A stretch of DNA of 60,040 nt from a virus. Lineage: Duplodnaviria; Caudoviricetes. The translations under genes were made by a program, and so were the position numbers. Position 1 is the stretch's first letter. Each line of letters starts with the position of its first letter. Below are positions 34,367 through 44,278 of the stretch, piece after piece. Location of the stretch: IMG/VR virus record IMGVR_UViG_3300044825_000703, positions 1 through 60,040 of that record; one strand, written 5' to 3'. Under the pieces are notes generated by a model, which had not been told where the DNA came from, did no database searches, and saw nothing but the letters and a program-made list of their open reading frames with translations.

Positions 34367-36854
34367 AGACCTCGTACAAATCCTGAAAGGTCTGGATGAG
34401 AGCAAGCTCCCGGACTTTGTAGAACAACTCCCTGCTATTGAGAGACAGATACTGCTCAATACACTGAAGGAGTATCAGGAGCTTACAGAGAGGGAGAAGA
34501 GCCAGCAGGACTTCATGTCGTATGTGAAGACGGTCTGGCCAGCGTTTATACCGGGCAGACATCACTCCATCATCGCCTCGAAGTTCGAGGAGATCGCCGA
34601 AGGAAAGAAAAAGCGCCTGATCATCTGCCTCCCACCTCGGCATGCTCTTCTTACATCTACAAAGATCCCCACAACAGAAGGCTTCAAACGCCTCTCAGAA
34701 CTTCAAGTGGGAGATCACGTCTTCGGCCCAGACGGCAAACCTACCAAGGTCATCGGAAAATCTGAAGTCTTCAAGAACAGAACGCTCTATAGAGTGATTA
34801 CAGACGACGGAGCGTTCCTTGATGTGGACGGAGAACACCTCTGGACAGTAGGCAACGTCACCAAACCCCTCGAAGTCACTATGACCACCGAGGAACTCTA
34901 TAAGAGACAGCAGTCAGGAAAGGTCAGCAAACCTAGACTGCCGTATGTAGAGCCCGTCGAGTACCCCAAGAAAAGACTCCCAATCGACCCATACGTCCTC
35001 GGCGTGTTCTTGGGAGACCACCATCCTCTGTATGGAAGCATCCGACACAAACTCAAAGACGCCCCGTATATCAGGAAAGAGATCCTCCGAAGAAAGTACA
35101 AGATCGAAAAGCAGTTTCGGTTCCACAACTACCACCTCGAACGCTTCAAACCCCACATCGCCAAGCTACAGGTGATGCGAAGAAAACATATCCCACCGGC
35201 CTATCTCACAGCTTCTATTGAACAGAGAAAAGACCTGCTGATGGGATTGATTGATAACCGCAGTGTCGTGAACCACAAAGGCCAGATATTCATCGGCCAA
35301 ACTCAAAAACAAATGGTGCTCGACCTGTGTCAGTTGTTATCAAGTCTTGGTATCAAGCCCCATGTTTATAAGATCAAGGTCAACAAACCAAACAAAGATT
35401 ATGGTGAGTTGTGGCGGGTTATGTTCTATGCACCGGGATTAACTAAGATCCCGAGAAAGCTAGAACGAATGAGGGAGCCTGACAAAATAGGCCGATATAT
35501 TCGAGTTGAGAAACTACATACTACTGGTGATGTCCAGTGTATTAAGGTTGATCGAAGGGATGGATTATTCCTGGCTGGAGAGGAATATATCTGCACACAT
35601 AATACCAAGAGTGAGTTTGCGAGCTATTTATTACCTGCTTGGTATTTGGGAAAGTACCCAGACAAGAAGATTATCCAGTGCTCAAACACAGCCGAACTTG
35701 CAGTGGGCTTTGGGCGGAAAGTCAGGAACCTTGTAAACAGTGATCTGTACGCCAAGGTGTTCCCTGGTGTGAAGCTGAGACAGGACTCTAAAGCGGCAGG
35801 TAGGTGGTCTACGAACGCCAACGGTGAGTATTTTGCTATTGGTGCTGGGGGCACGGTGACGGGCAAGGGCGCGGATCTGTTGATCATTGACGACCCACAC
35901 TCTGAGCAGGAGGCCGCACTGGCCGCTCATGATCCGAAGGTCTACGACAAGGTGTATGAGTGGTACACCTCTGGCCCTCGTCAGCGTTTACAGCCTGGCG
36001 GGGCCATCATCGTGGTCATGACTCGATGGGGGAAGCGGGATCTGGTGGGTCAGGTTTTGAAGGCCGCCGCACAAAGGGGTGGTGAAGACTGGGAGGTGGT
36101 GGAGTTCCCAGCAATCATGCCATCCGGCAAGCCTGTGTGGCCTGAGTTCTGGAGTTTGAAGGAACTCGAAGCCCTCCGAGAAGAGCTGCCTAACAGTAAG
36201 TGGCAAGCCCAGTATCAGCAGAACCCGGTCTCAGAAGAGGCTGCGGTCATCAAACGAGAGTGGTGGCAGCGATGGGAGGATGAAGATCCGCCAAGCTGTG
36301 AGTTCGTGCTGCAAGCGTGGGATACAGCTTTTGAGAAACACCAGCGGGCTGACTACTCGGCCTGTACAACATGGGGCGTCTTTTATAGAGCCGATGATCA
36401 CGGTGAGACTCAGGCCAACATCATCCTGTTGAATGCTGTCAGGGACAAGGTTGAGTTCCCTGATTTGAAGAAAATGGTGATGGAGCAGTACAAGGAATGG
36501 GATCCTGACTCTGTGATCATTGAGAAACGTGCTTCTGGCGCTCCATTGATCTATGAGTTGCGAGCCATGAATGTGATGGTTCAAGAGTTTACGCCCGCGA
36601 AGGGGAACGATAAGATAAGTCGGCTGAATGCCGTTTCAGACATCTTTGCTTCTGGACGAGTTTGGGCTCCTAACACTTCATGGGCAGAAGAGGTAATCGA
36701 CGAAGTGGCCGGTTTTCCTAACTCTGAACACGATGACTATGTGGATACAGTCTCGTTGGCACTCATGAGATTTCGTCGTGGAGGGTACATTCGTACCGCT
36801 ATGGACGAAGATGATGAGCCCTCCTACAACCGTAGACGCCCTGCGTACTACTAA
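34359..36854 (+). CDS. terL: Terminase large subunit with intein
   Basis: PPRH|intein|TKSE, IIDDP, MTRW, AQYQQNP, WDTA, HDDYVD. Confidence 0.95.
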   Translation: MDKDLVQILKGLDESKLPDFVEQLPAIERQILLNTLKEYQELTEREKSQQDFMSYVKTVWPAFIPGRHHSIIASKFEEIAEGKKKRLIICLPPRHALLTSTKIPTTEGFKRLSELQVGDHVFGPDGKPTKVIGKSEVFKNRTLYRVITDDGAFLDVDGEHLWTVGNVTKPLEVTMTTEELYKRQQSGKVSKPRLPYVEPVEYPKKRLPIDPYVLGVFLGDHHPLYGSIRHKLKDAPYIRKEILRRKYKIEKQFRFHNYHLERFKPHIAKLQVMRRKHIPPAYLTASIEQRKDLLMGLIDNRSVVNHKGQIFIGQTQKQMVLDLCQLLSSLGIKPHVYKIKVNKPNKDYGELWRVMFYAPGLTKIPRKLERMREPDKIGRYIRVEKLHTTGDVQCIKVDRRDGLFLAGEEYICTHNTKSEFASYLLPAWYLGKYPDKKIIQCSNTAELAVGFGRKVRNLVNSDLYAKVFPGVKLRQDSKAAGRWSTNANGEYFAIGAGGTVTGKGADLLIIDDPHSEQEAALAAHDPKVYDKVYEWYTSGPRQRLQPGGAIIVVMTRWGKRDLVGQVLKAAAQRGGEDWEVVEFPAIMPSGKPVWPEFWSLKELEALREELPNSKWQAQYQQNPVSEEAAVIKREWWQRWEDEDPPSCEFVLQAWDTAFEKHQRADYSACTTWGVFYRADDHGETQANIILLNAVRDKVEFPDLKKMVMEQYKEWDPDSVIIEKRASGAPLIYELRAMNVMVQEFTPAKGNDKISRLNAVSDIFASGRVWAPNTSWAEEVIDEVAGFPNSEHDDYVDTVSLALMRFRRGGYIRTAMDEDDEPSYNRRRPAYY
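34644..35603 (+). mobile_element. Class 3 (Ala1, WCT) intein, 320 aa, with a degenerate LAGLIDADG domain
   Basis: Starts ALLTSTKIPT; block B EHLW, block F VQCIKV, block G THN; +1 Thr. Confidence 0.88.
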
Positions 36855-36863
36855 GGAAACACA

Positions 36864-39272
36864 ATGATTGACAAGTCGTTTTACCAAGCGCCCCAAGGCA
36901 TGATTGACTTGGAAGAGCCAGAAGTTGAGATTGTTATTGAGGATCCCGAGTCGGTTGGCATCAAAATCGGCGATGTTGAACTGTCCATTGAAAAGGAAGA
37001 ACCCGACTTTGGCGAGAATCTAGCCGAAAGCATGGATTCTCAGGCACTGGCTCATCTTGCCGGTGAGTTGCTGAGCGACTTTGAAATGGATCTTTCGTCC
37101 AGAAAAGACTGGATCCAGACGTATGTAGACGGCCTCGAACTCCTTGGCATGAAGATCGAGGACCGGACGGAGCCTTGGCCTGGTGCTTGTGGCGTCTACC
37201 ACCCACTTCTGGCTGAAACGCTTGTGAAGTTCCAAGCAGAAACGATCATGGAGACCTTCCCGGCTCAGGGTCCGGTCAAGACACAGATCATCGGCAAGGA
37301 AACGCCCGAGAAAAAAGATGCAGCGGTTCGTGTCAAAGATGACATGAACTACCGTTTGACGGATCAGATGGCCGAATACCGGCCTGAACACGAGCGAATG
37401 CTGTGGGGCCTGGGTCTCGCGGGTAATGCTTTCAAAAAGGTCTACTACGATCCGAACTTTGAGCGGCCCGTGGCCACCTTTGTTCCGGCCGAAGACATGG
37501 TTGTGCCATACGGCGCATCTAGTCTTGCGACGGCAGAGCGTGTTACCCATGTAATGCGGAAGACGAAGAACGAGATTGTGCGTCTTCAGGCAGCAGGGTT
37601 CTATCGTGACGTGGAACTGGGTGATCCCGTTGCAACACTGGACGAGGTGGAGAAGAAGATTGCCGAGAAGATGGGCTTCCAGGCCACCTCGGATGACCGC
37701 TTCAAGCTCCTTGAGATGCACGTCAACCTGGATCTTCCGGGATATGAAGACATGGAAGACGGAGAGCCGACTGGCATTGCTCTTCCGTATGTGGTCACCC
37801 TAGAGAAGAACACTCAAACGATTCTGGCCATTCGACGGAACTGGCACCCGGATGATCCGCTGCAACTCAAGCGCAATCACTTTGTCCACTACGGCTATGT
37901 TCCTGGATTCGGCTTCTATCATTTCGGCCTGATCCATCTCATCGGGGCGTTTGCCAAGTCAGGCACATCTCTCATCCGGCAATTGGTCGATGCCGGAACG
38001 CTCTCGAATCTGCCCGGTGGATTCAAAACCCGTGGTCTGCGAGTCAAAGGCGATGACACCCCAATCTCTCCGGCAGAGTGGCGAGACGTGGATGTTGCTT
38101 CCGGGACGATCAAAGACAACATCCTGCCGCTTCCATACAAGGAGCCCAGTCAGGTTTTGGCAGGATTGCTGGACAAGATCATTGATGAGGGACGGAGGTT
38201 TGCGTCTGCGGCCGATCTAAAGGTTGCGGACATGTCAGCGCAGAGTCCTGTTGGGACGACGCTGGCGATTCTGGAGCGGACCCTCAAGATCATGTCCGCC
38301 ATTCAGGCCCGTATTCACTACTCAATGAAGCAGGAGTTCAAGCTCCTGAAGGACATCATTCGGGACTACACACCGGAAGAGTATGACTATCAGCCGGTAG
38401 AAGGAACGCCGAGGGCCAAGAAGGCGGACTACGACCAGGTTGACGTGATTCCTGTGTCCGATCCAAACGCTGCAACGATGTCGCAGAAGGTGGTTCAGTA
38501 TCAGGCGGTGTTGCAGCTAGCTCAATCGGCTCCTCAGTTGTACGACTTGGCTCAGCTACATCGTCAGATGTTGGATGTCTTGGGGGTCAAGAACGCATCC
38601 AAGCTCGTCAAAGTTGAAGATGACGAAAAACCGACAGATCCGATCACCGAGAACATGAACATGCTTCGTATGAAGCCGCTCAAGGCGTTCTCGTTCCAAG
38701 ACCAAGACGCTCATATTGCAGCGCACCAAGCGTTCTTGCAGGATCCGAAGACGGCCCAGATGATCGGCCAGAATCCGTTGGCCAATCAGATGATGGCGGC
38801 GATGCAGGCTCACATTGCAGAGCACTACGCCTTCTCGTACAGGAACATGATTGAGCAGCAAGTGGGTGGACCGTTGCTCCAGACCGGTGAGGATGAGCCT
38901 CTGCCGCCGGATATGGAGAACGCCGTCGCACGGATGGTTGCCCAAGCGGCCCAGCAGCTTACACAGAAGCACATGGCCGAAGCCCAGCAACAGCAGGCGC
39001 AGCAACAAGCACAAGATCCGATCATTCAGATGCAGATGCAGGAACTCCAGCTCAAAGGACAGGAGATCCAGCGTAAAGCACAGAAAGATCAGATTGATGC
39101 ACAACTTAGGATGCAGCAACAACAGATCGAGCAGGAGCGCATTGCCTCACAGGAAAGGCAGGCGACCGCAGCAATGCAGTCCCGAGAAGAGATCGAGGGG
39201 CTAAAGATTGGCGTAGACATCGCCAAAAGCACCGAAGCCAGACCGGCTAAGGGCACAACCGAGGAGCGTTAA
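36864..39272 (+). CDS. Portal protein (P22-like, with Q-rich C-terminal barrel)
   Basis: Follows terL; EPWPGACGVYHP, LVDAGTLSNLPGG; long Q-rich coiled coil. Confidence 0.85.
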   Translation: MIDKSFYQAPQGMIDLEEPEVEIVIEDPESVGIKIGDVELSIEKEEPDFGENLAESMDSQALAHLAGELLSDFEMDLSSRKDWIQTYVDGLELLGMKIEDRTEPWPGACGVYHPLLAETLVKFQAETIMETFPAQGPVKTQIIGKETPEKKDAAVRVKDDMNYRLTDQMAEYRPEHERMLWGLGLAGNAFKKVYYDPNFERPVATFVPAEDMVVPYGASSLATAERVTHVMRKTKNEIVRLQAAGFYRDVELGDPVATLDEVEKKIAEKMGFQATSDDRFKLLEMHVNLDLPGYEDMEDGEPTGIALPYVVTLEKNTQTILAIRRNWHPDDPLQLKRNHFVHYGYVPGFGFYHFGLIHLIGAFAKSGTSLIRQLVDAGTLSNLPGGFKTRGLRVKGDDTPISPAEWRDVDVASGTIKDNILPLPYKEPSQVLAGLLDKIIDEGRRFASAADLKVADMSAQSPVGTTLAILERTLKIMSAIQARIHYSMKQEFKLLKDIIRDYTPEEYDYQPVEGTPRAKKADYDQVDVIPVSDPNAATMSQKVVQYQAVLQLAQSAPQLYDLAQLHRQMLDVLGVKNASKLVKVEDDEKPTDPITENMNMLRMKPLKAFSFQDQDAHIAAHQAFLQDPKTAQMIGQNPLANQMMAAMQAHIAEHYAFSYRNMIEQQVGGPLLQTGEDEPLPPDMENAVARMVAQAAQQLTQKHMAEAQQQQAQQQAQDPIIQMQMQELQLKGQEIQRKAQKDQIDAQLRMQQQQIEQERIASQERQATAAMQSREEIEGLKIGVDIAKSTEARPAKGTTEER

Positions 39273-39466
39273 TGAGCAAAGACCTTCTAATGTATCTCTC
39301 AAAAAAGATACAGGAAGAGATGGAGCAGATTGAAAACGACCTACCGATGGGCACAGCAAAGGACATCAGCGACTACAAATATGCGTGTGGTGTCTACCGT
39401 GGCTTGATGGTAGCCAACAACATCTTGGCCGAAACCGCAGAACGGTGGGAGAGCATAGATGAGTGA
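39272..39466 (+). CDS. Small conserved head-region protein
   Basis: GTAKDISDYKYACGVYRGL. Confidence 0.6.
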   Translation: MSKDLLMYLSKKIQEEMEQIENDLPMGTAKDISDYKYACGVYRGLMVANNILAETAERWESIDE

Positions 39467-39869
39467 ACTTCTAATCGGGACAGACCCCGACAATCCAGAG
39501 GCTGCAACGGTGTTACCTGACACCGCAGAACGCAAAGCGAAGCAGTTGCCCGATCCGTCAGGCTACCGAATCCTTTGTGCCATTCCTGAAATTGAGGACA
39601 AGTTTGATAGCGGTATTGTCAAAGCCGACGTCACGATGCAGCACGAAGAGTTGCTTACGACCGTGTTGTTTGTGGTGAAGCTTGGACCGGACTGCTACAA
39701 GGATGAGAAGCGTTTTCCAAGTGGTCCTTGGTGCAAAGAGGGCGACTTCGTGTTGGTGCGCCCCCATGCTGGCACTCGGCTCAAGATCCACGGCCGAGAG
39801 TTCAGGATTATCAACGACGATTCTGTCGAGGGGGTTGTTGAAGATCCTCGCGGCATTAGTCGCAAATAA
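39459..39869 (+). CDS. groES: GroES-like co-chaperonin
   Basis: PSGYRIL, VVKLGPDCY, WCKEGDFV, FRIINDD. Confidence 0.85.
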   Translation: MSELLIGTDPDNPEAATVLPDTAERKAKQLPDPSGYRILCAIPEIEDKFDSGIVKADVTMQHEELLTTVLFVVKLGPDCYKDEKRFPSGPWCKEGDFVLVRPHAGTRLKIHGREFRIINDDSVEGVVEDPRGISRK

Positions 39870-39878
39870 GGAGTGACG

Positions 39879-40760
39879 ATGAATACAAAGCCCATCCCTG
39901 ACATTGATGTTGAGATCGAAGAGACTCAAATCGAGATTGAAGACGACACTCCTCCTGAAGACCGAGGACGCGAGCCCCTGCCCGGTGAGATTGTGCAGGA
40001 GCTTGAGAAGGACGACCTTGAGGACTACTCGGAAAAGGTTAAGGTTCGCCTGAAGCAGATGAAGAAGGTTTGGCATGACGAACGTCGCGCCAAAGAGGCC
40101 GCAGATCGTGAGCGCCAAGAGGCAATTGCCTTTGCTCAACGGGTTTTGGCCGAGAATCAAAAGCTGAAAGAGCGGGTATCAGACTCAACCAAGGAGCGCA
40201 TCGAGCGCGAATTGGAGAAGGCCCGACAGGAGCATCAAGAGGCGTTTGCGGCTGGTGACAGTGAAAGATTGTCCGAAGCTAGCGAGAAACTCGCCCTGGC
40301 CCGAGTTCGGATGGAGAGTATTAAAGAGGCACCCTCTTTACAAGAAACCGAAGTTGATGTAAATACTCAGCCACAGGTTCCAGTTCCTGATCAAAAAGCG
40401 TTGACGTGGCAAGAGCGTAATCGCTGGTTTGGTACAAACCGTCTTATGACGGGTATGGCACTGGGTCTTCACGAGGAGCTTGTGCAGCAACACGGACCTG
40501 CCTATGCTTCGACTGATGAGTATTACGCGCGTATTGACAAAGCAATGCGCGAGAGGTTTCCCGAGCAGTTTCGGGAAGAAACGCAGACTGGGGGCGGCAA
40601 GCCTAGTCAGCGCACACCTGCCAATGTAGTAGCTCCGGCTTCGCGTAGCACCGCCCCCAAAAAGGTGATGTTGAAGCAAAGCCAAGTTGAGTTGGCCCGC
40701 AAACTTGGAATCCCTCCCGAAGCTTATGCTCGGGAATATGCAAAGCTGATGGAGCGTTGA
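39879..40760 (+). CDS. Probable capsid scaffolding protein
   Basis: Acidic N-terminus, coiled coil, C-terminal ARKLGIPPEAYA. Confidence 0.7.
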   Translation: MNTKPIPDIDVEIEETQIEIEDDTPPEDRGREPLPGEIVQELEKDDLEDYSEKVKVRLKQMKKVWHDERRAKEAADRERQEAIAFAQRVLAENQKLKERVSDSTKERIERELEKARQEHQEAFAAGDSERLSEASEKLALARVRMESIKEAPSLQETEVDVNTQPQVPVPDQKALTWQERNRWFGTNRLMTGMALGLHEELVQQHGPAYASTDEYYARIDKAMRERFPEQFREETQTGGGKPSQRTPANVVAPASRSTAPKKVMLKQSQVELARKLGIPPEAYAREYAKLMER

Positions 40761-40761
40761 A

Positions 40762-41211
40762 ATGGCAGAAAATAGACTTGCACGCAGTGTAGAAACCCGA
40801 GAGTCATCCATGCGGTTGGAATCGTGGCGTCGTCCAGAGGCGCTTCCTGAGCCCGACAAGCAGCCTGGATACAACTATCGGTGGATTCGGGTGACGTATC
40901 TCAATCGTCCCGATACCAAGAACATCTCGGCTAAGCTGCGAGAAGGTTGGGAACCGGTGCGTATTGAAGAGCAGCCCAAGTTCAAGTTTTTCCTTGACCC
41001 TGATAGTCGATTCAAAGACAACATCGAGGTCGCTGGACTGTTGCTCTGCAAGATGCCGGAAGAGTTTGTTGAACAACGTAGTGCTTACTACGCGAAGCAT
41101 ACGAAGGACAACATGACGGCAGTGGACAACAACTTTATGAAGGAAAGCGATCCTAGGATGCCTCTGTTCGCAGAGAAGCAGACCAAGGTACGCTTTGGCA
41201 AAGGCAATTAA
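40762..41211 (+). CDS. Conserved head-region protein
   Basis: YRWIR...LREGWEPV...GLLLCKMP. Confidence 0.6.
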   Translation: MAENRLARSVETRESSMRLESWRRPEALPEPDKQPGYNYRWIRVTYLNRPDTKNISAKLREGWEPVRIEEQPKFKFFLDPDSRFKDNIEVAGLLLCKMPEEFVEQRSAYYAKHTKDNMTAVDNNFMKESDPRMPLFAEKQTKVRFGKGN

Positions 41212-41224
41212 CAAGGAGTCTTAA

Positions 41225-41854
41225 ATGGCTTACCCTTCCGTTGAAGGCCCTTACGGGCTGATTCCGATCAATCTGATCGGCGGTCAGGTGTTTGCCGGTG
41301 CAACTCGCCAGATCCCCATTTCGGCCAGTTCGGCCACCGCCATTTACTATGGTGACGTGGTTAAGCTGACGGATGCGGGTACGCTGGGCAAGGAAACCGG
41401 TACCGCCACCGCTACCCCTGTTGGCGTGTTCCTCGGCTGTTCATACACCGATCCGACGTTCGGCAAGGTTTTCCGGCAGTATTACCCCGGTGGCCTGTCC
41501 GCAACCGACATCATGGCGTATGTGCAAGATGACCCGGATGCGCTGTTCAAAGTTGCTGTGACGAGTGCTGGCACTTCGACCATCAGCTTTGTGAATCGCA
41601 CGGCTGTTGGCAACAACTCTGCGCTGATTCAAGGCACGGGCTCGACGACCACTGGCAACTCGGCTGTTTCTATCAGCGCGACGACTGCGACTGCGGCTAC
41701 GCTGCCGGTTCGTATCATCGACGTTGTGCCTGAGACGGCGATTGCTGGATTCCCCGGCTCGTACACGGAAGTGATCGTGAAGTGGAACGCACCTAACGTC
41801 ACTGGTCAAACTGTCGCGGGCGGGCATCAGTATCTGAACCCGACCGGCGTTTAA
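41225..41854 (+). CDS. Probable minor capsid/decoration protein
   Basis: Strong codon bias; directly upstream of the major capsid gene. Confidence 0.6.
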   Translation: MAYPSVEGPYGLIPINLIGGQVFAGATRQIPISASSATAIYYGDVVKLTDAGTLGKETGTATATPVGVFLGCSYTDPTFGKVFRQYYPGGLSATDIMAYVQDDPDALFKVAVTSAGTSTISFVNRTAVGNNSALIQGTGSTTTGNSAVSISATTATAATLPVRIIDVVPETAIAGFPGSYTEVIVKWNAPNVTGQTVAGGHQYLNPTGV

Positions 41855-41864
41855 GGAGTGACAC

Positions 41865-42773
41865 ATGGCTATTTCACGCGCACAACTGCTGAAAGAGCTG
41901 CTCCCTGGACTGAACGCACTGTTCGGTATGGAGTACGCTCGCTATGGTGAAGAGCACAAGGAGATTTTCGATACGGAAAGCTCCGAGCGTTCGTTTGAAG
42001 AGGAAACCAAACTGTCTGGCTTCTCCGCCGCTCCGGTGAAGAACGAGGGCAGCGCGATTGCCTACGATAACGGCCAAGAGGCTTGGACCGCTCGCTACAC
42101 GCACGAGACCATTGCGCTCGGTTTCTCGCTGACGGAAGAGGCTATTGAGGACAACCTCTATGACTCGCTGTCGTCGCGTTACACGAAGGCGCTGGCCCGT
42201 GCGATGGCGTACACCAAGCAGACCAAAGCTGCTGCGGTTCTGAACAACGGCTTCAACTCCACCTACAAGGGTGGCGATGGTGTCGAGCTGTTCAGCACGC
42301 TGCACCCGCTGGTGTCTGGTGGTACGAACTCCAACGAGCCCTCGACCCCGGCTGACCTGAACGAAACCTCCCTTGAGGCGGCTGTCATTCAGATCGCTGG
42401 CTGGACCGATGAGCGTGGTCTGCTGATCGCGGCCAAACCGCGTAAGCTGATCGTCCCCCCGTCGCTTCAGTTCGTCGCAACCCGTCTGCTCGAAACCGAG
42501 CTGCGCGTTGGTACGACTGACAACGACGTGAACGCTCTGAAGACCAACGGGTCGATCCCCGAAGGCTACCGTGTCAACCACTTCCTGACCGACCCGGACG
42601 CGTGGTTCCTCACCACCGACGTTCCCAACGGTCTGAAGCACTTCGTCCGTACCCCGATGAGCACCTCGATGGACGGCGACTTCGATACCGGTAACGTGCG
42701 CTACAAGGCACGTGAGAGGTATTCATTCGGTTGGTCGGACCCGTTGGGGGTCTTTGGAAGCCCTGGCGCTTGA
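41865..42773 (+). CDS. Major capsid protein
   Basis: MAISRAQLLKELLPGLNALFG...ITEEA-like...ARERYSFGWSD; AAGGAG RBS; high-expression codon bias. Confidence 0.9.
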   Translation: MAISRAQLLKELLPGLNALFGMEYARYGEEHKEIFDTESSERSFEEETKLSGFSAAPVKNEGSAIAYDNGQEAWTARYTHETIALGFSLTEEAIEDNLYDSLSSRYTKALARAMAYTKQTKAAAVLNNGFNSTYKGGDGVELFSTLHPLVSGGTNSNEPSTPADLNETSLEAAVIQIAGWTDERGLLIAAKPRKLIVPPSLQFVATRLLETELRVGTTDNDVNALKTNGSIPEGYRVNHFLTDPDAWFLTTDVPNGLKHFVRTPMSTSMDGDFDTGNVRYKARERYSFGWSDPLGVFGSPGA

Positions 42774-42798
42774 GTACACAGGGATTTGACGCTACAAT
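42770..42798 (+). promoter_or_regulatory. Sigma70 promoter for the homing endonuclease
   Basis: TTGAGT-N17-TACAAT, then AGGAGG RBS. Confidence 0.7.
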
Positions 42799-42822
42799 AG
42801 TCCATAGTGCTCAGGAGGTGCT

Positions 42823-43689
42823 ATGGACTACAAAGAGTGTTCAGAACTAGGGTGTACAAACCATGTGTTTGCGAGAGGTATTTGTCGCAAGCACTACGAA
42901 CAGGTGCGGTTGGAAACAGCCGCACCTTGTTCTTTTGAGGGGTGCACAGCGCCGTCGTATCGAGGCGACTTGTGTTCTACCCATTACCGTCTATTTACTC
43001 TTAGCAAGCGGCCCAAGTGCATCATTCCAGGCTGCAATGACCCGCAACACAGTCTCTCCAAAGGTCTGTGCAACAAGCATGACTTTCGGATGAGACGGCA
43101 TGGTCACGCCGAACAAACTAGGCAAGTGGATTGGGGTGCCAGAGAAAGCCATCCGTTGTACTCAAGCTGGGTATGGCACAAGCGTCGCGGTGCGGCTGGA
43201 ATGTGTGATGAGTGGCGGAACAACTTCTGGGCTTTTGTTGAGGCTGTACAGGCTAGACCTGCCAATCATCATCTTCTCAAGCTAGACATCCATAAGCCAA
43301 TCGGCCCAGGCAATTGGCACTGGAGCGAAAAGATACAGTCTGCGGACAAGGCTGCCCGTCAGAGAGAATGGCGCAAAAGAAACATAGAGAAAGCAACCGG
43401 TTATGATCTAAAACGCCGGTTTGGTTTGTCTATAGCTCAGTATGAGGCTATGGCAGATACTCAGAACGGTGTCTGTGCTATCTGCAAACAGCCTGAGCGT
43501 TCGCTGGACAAGGACGGTGGTCCTCGCCGAATGCCGGTAGACCATTGTCACACTACAGGCAAGGTTCGTGGCTTACTTTGCACCGCATGCAATCGTGCGC
43601 TAGGACTATTCAAGGATAGTCCTGACATCTTAGCAAGCGCGATCTCCTACCTAAACAACTCGCTTGACACTAGCCTGCAAACCAAGTAA
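42823..43689 (+). CDS. Free-standing endonuclease VII-family homing endonuclease with three N-terminal zinc fingers
   Basis: QNGVCAICK...VDHCHTTGKVRGLLCTACNRALG; three CxxxxC...CxxH repeats. Confidence 0.88.
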   Translation: MDYKECSELGCTNHVFARGICRKHYEQVRLETAAPCSFEGCTAPSYRGDLCSTHYRLFTLSKRPKCIIPGCNDPQHSLSKGLCNKHDFRMRRHGHAEQTRQVDWGARESHPLYSSWVWHKRRGAAGMCDEWRNNFWAFVEAVQARPANHHLLKLDIHKPIGPGNWHWSEKIQSADKAARQREWRKRNIEKATGYDLKRRFGLSIAQYEAMADTQNGVCAICKQPERSLDKDGGPRRMPVDHCHTTGKVRGLLCTACNRALGLFKDSPDILASAISYLNNSLDTSLQTK

Positions 43690-43700
43690 AAGGTTAGAAA

Positions 43701-43766
43701 CTAGGTATTGCTTGCATCGACTGGCCTAGCAGACGTTGTAGAGACGATGCGAGCGAGTGCTACAAC
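43701..43766 (+). ncRNA. Pseudoknotted cis-regulatory RNA in a 5' UTR
   Basis: Three interleaved helices of 5, 10 and 7 bp; preceded by TTGACA-N17-TAAAAG (43664-43692). Confidence 0.65.
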
Positions 43767-43777
43767 ACGAGGTCAAA

Positions 43778-44266
43778 ATGAGTGTACGTCCTTCTACCAC
43801 GCAGGGCATCTGGCGTTCGGGTGCTGATGCGTCGCGTCAAGCCTATTGCGGTTCGATGGTGATGACGGCCCAGTTCTACATCGCTGATGTAGGCCCCGCC
43901 GCTACCGCCCGCGTCAAAGTTTCTTCTGCTACTGGTGCCCCCGATCTCATCCTCCCGGCCAATGCCGTTGTGATGTCGGTCGTGGTGAGCGCGGTGACTG
44001 ACGCCACTGGCACCTTCGATCTCGGCTGGGCCACCGTGTCTGGTGATGCCTCGGATACCGATGGTCTGGTTGATGGCTACACCAGTGCTGTGGGTACCGT
44101 GACTGTTGGCACCGCTACCACGGCCGGTAATGATCTCGGTCTTGCGATGGATACCACCGAGAACGTGTATATAACCGTGACGGATGGCACGTCGGGTGGT
44201 GGCACGGCGTCGGGTTACTTGGTGTACTACGTCATTGACCCGCTGGTCGGCCAGCAAAGCGCCTGA
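43778..44266 (+). CDS. Putative structural protein
   Basis: T/G/A-rich beta protein with capsid-like codon bias. Confidence 0.6.
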   Translation: MSVRPSTTQGIWRSGADASRQAYCGSMVMTAQFYIADVGPAATARVKVSSATGAPDLILPANAVVMSVVVSAVTDATGTFDLGWATVSGDASDTDGLVDGYTSAVGTVTVGTATTAGNDLGLAMDTTENVYITVTDGTSGGGTASGYLVYYVIDPLVGQQSA

Positions 44267-44278
44267 TAGGAGGCTGTT

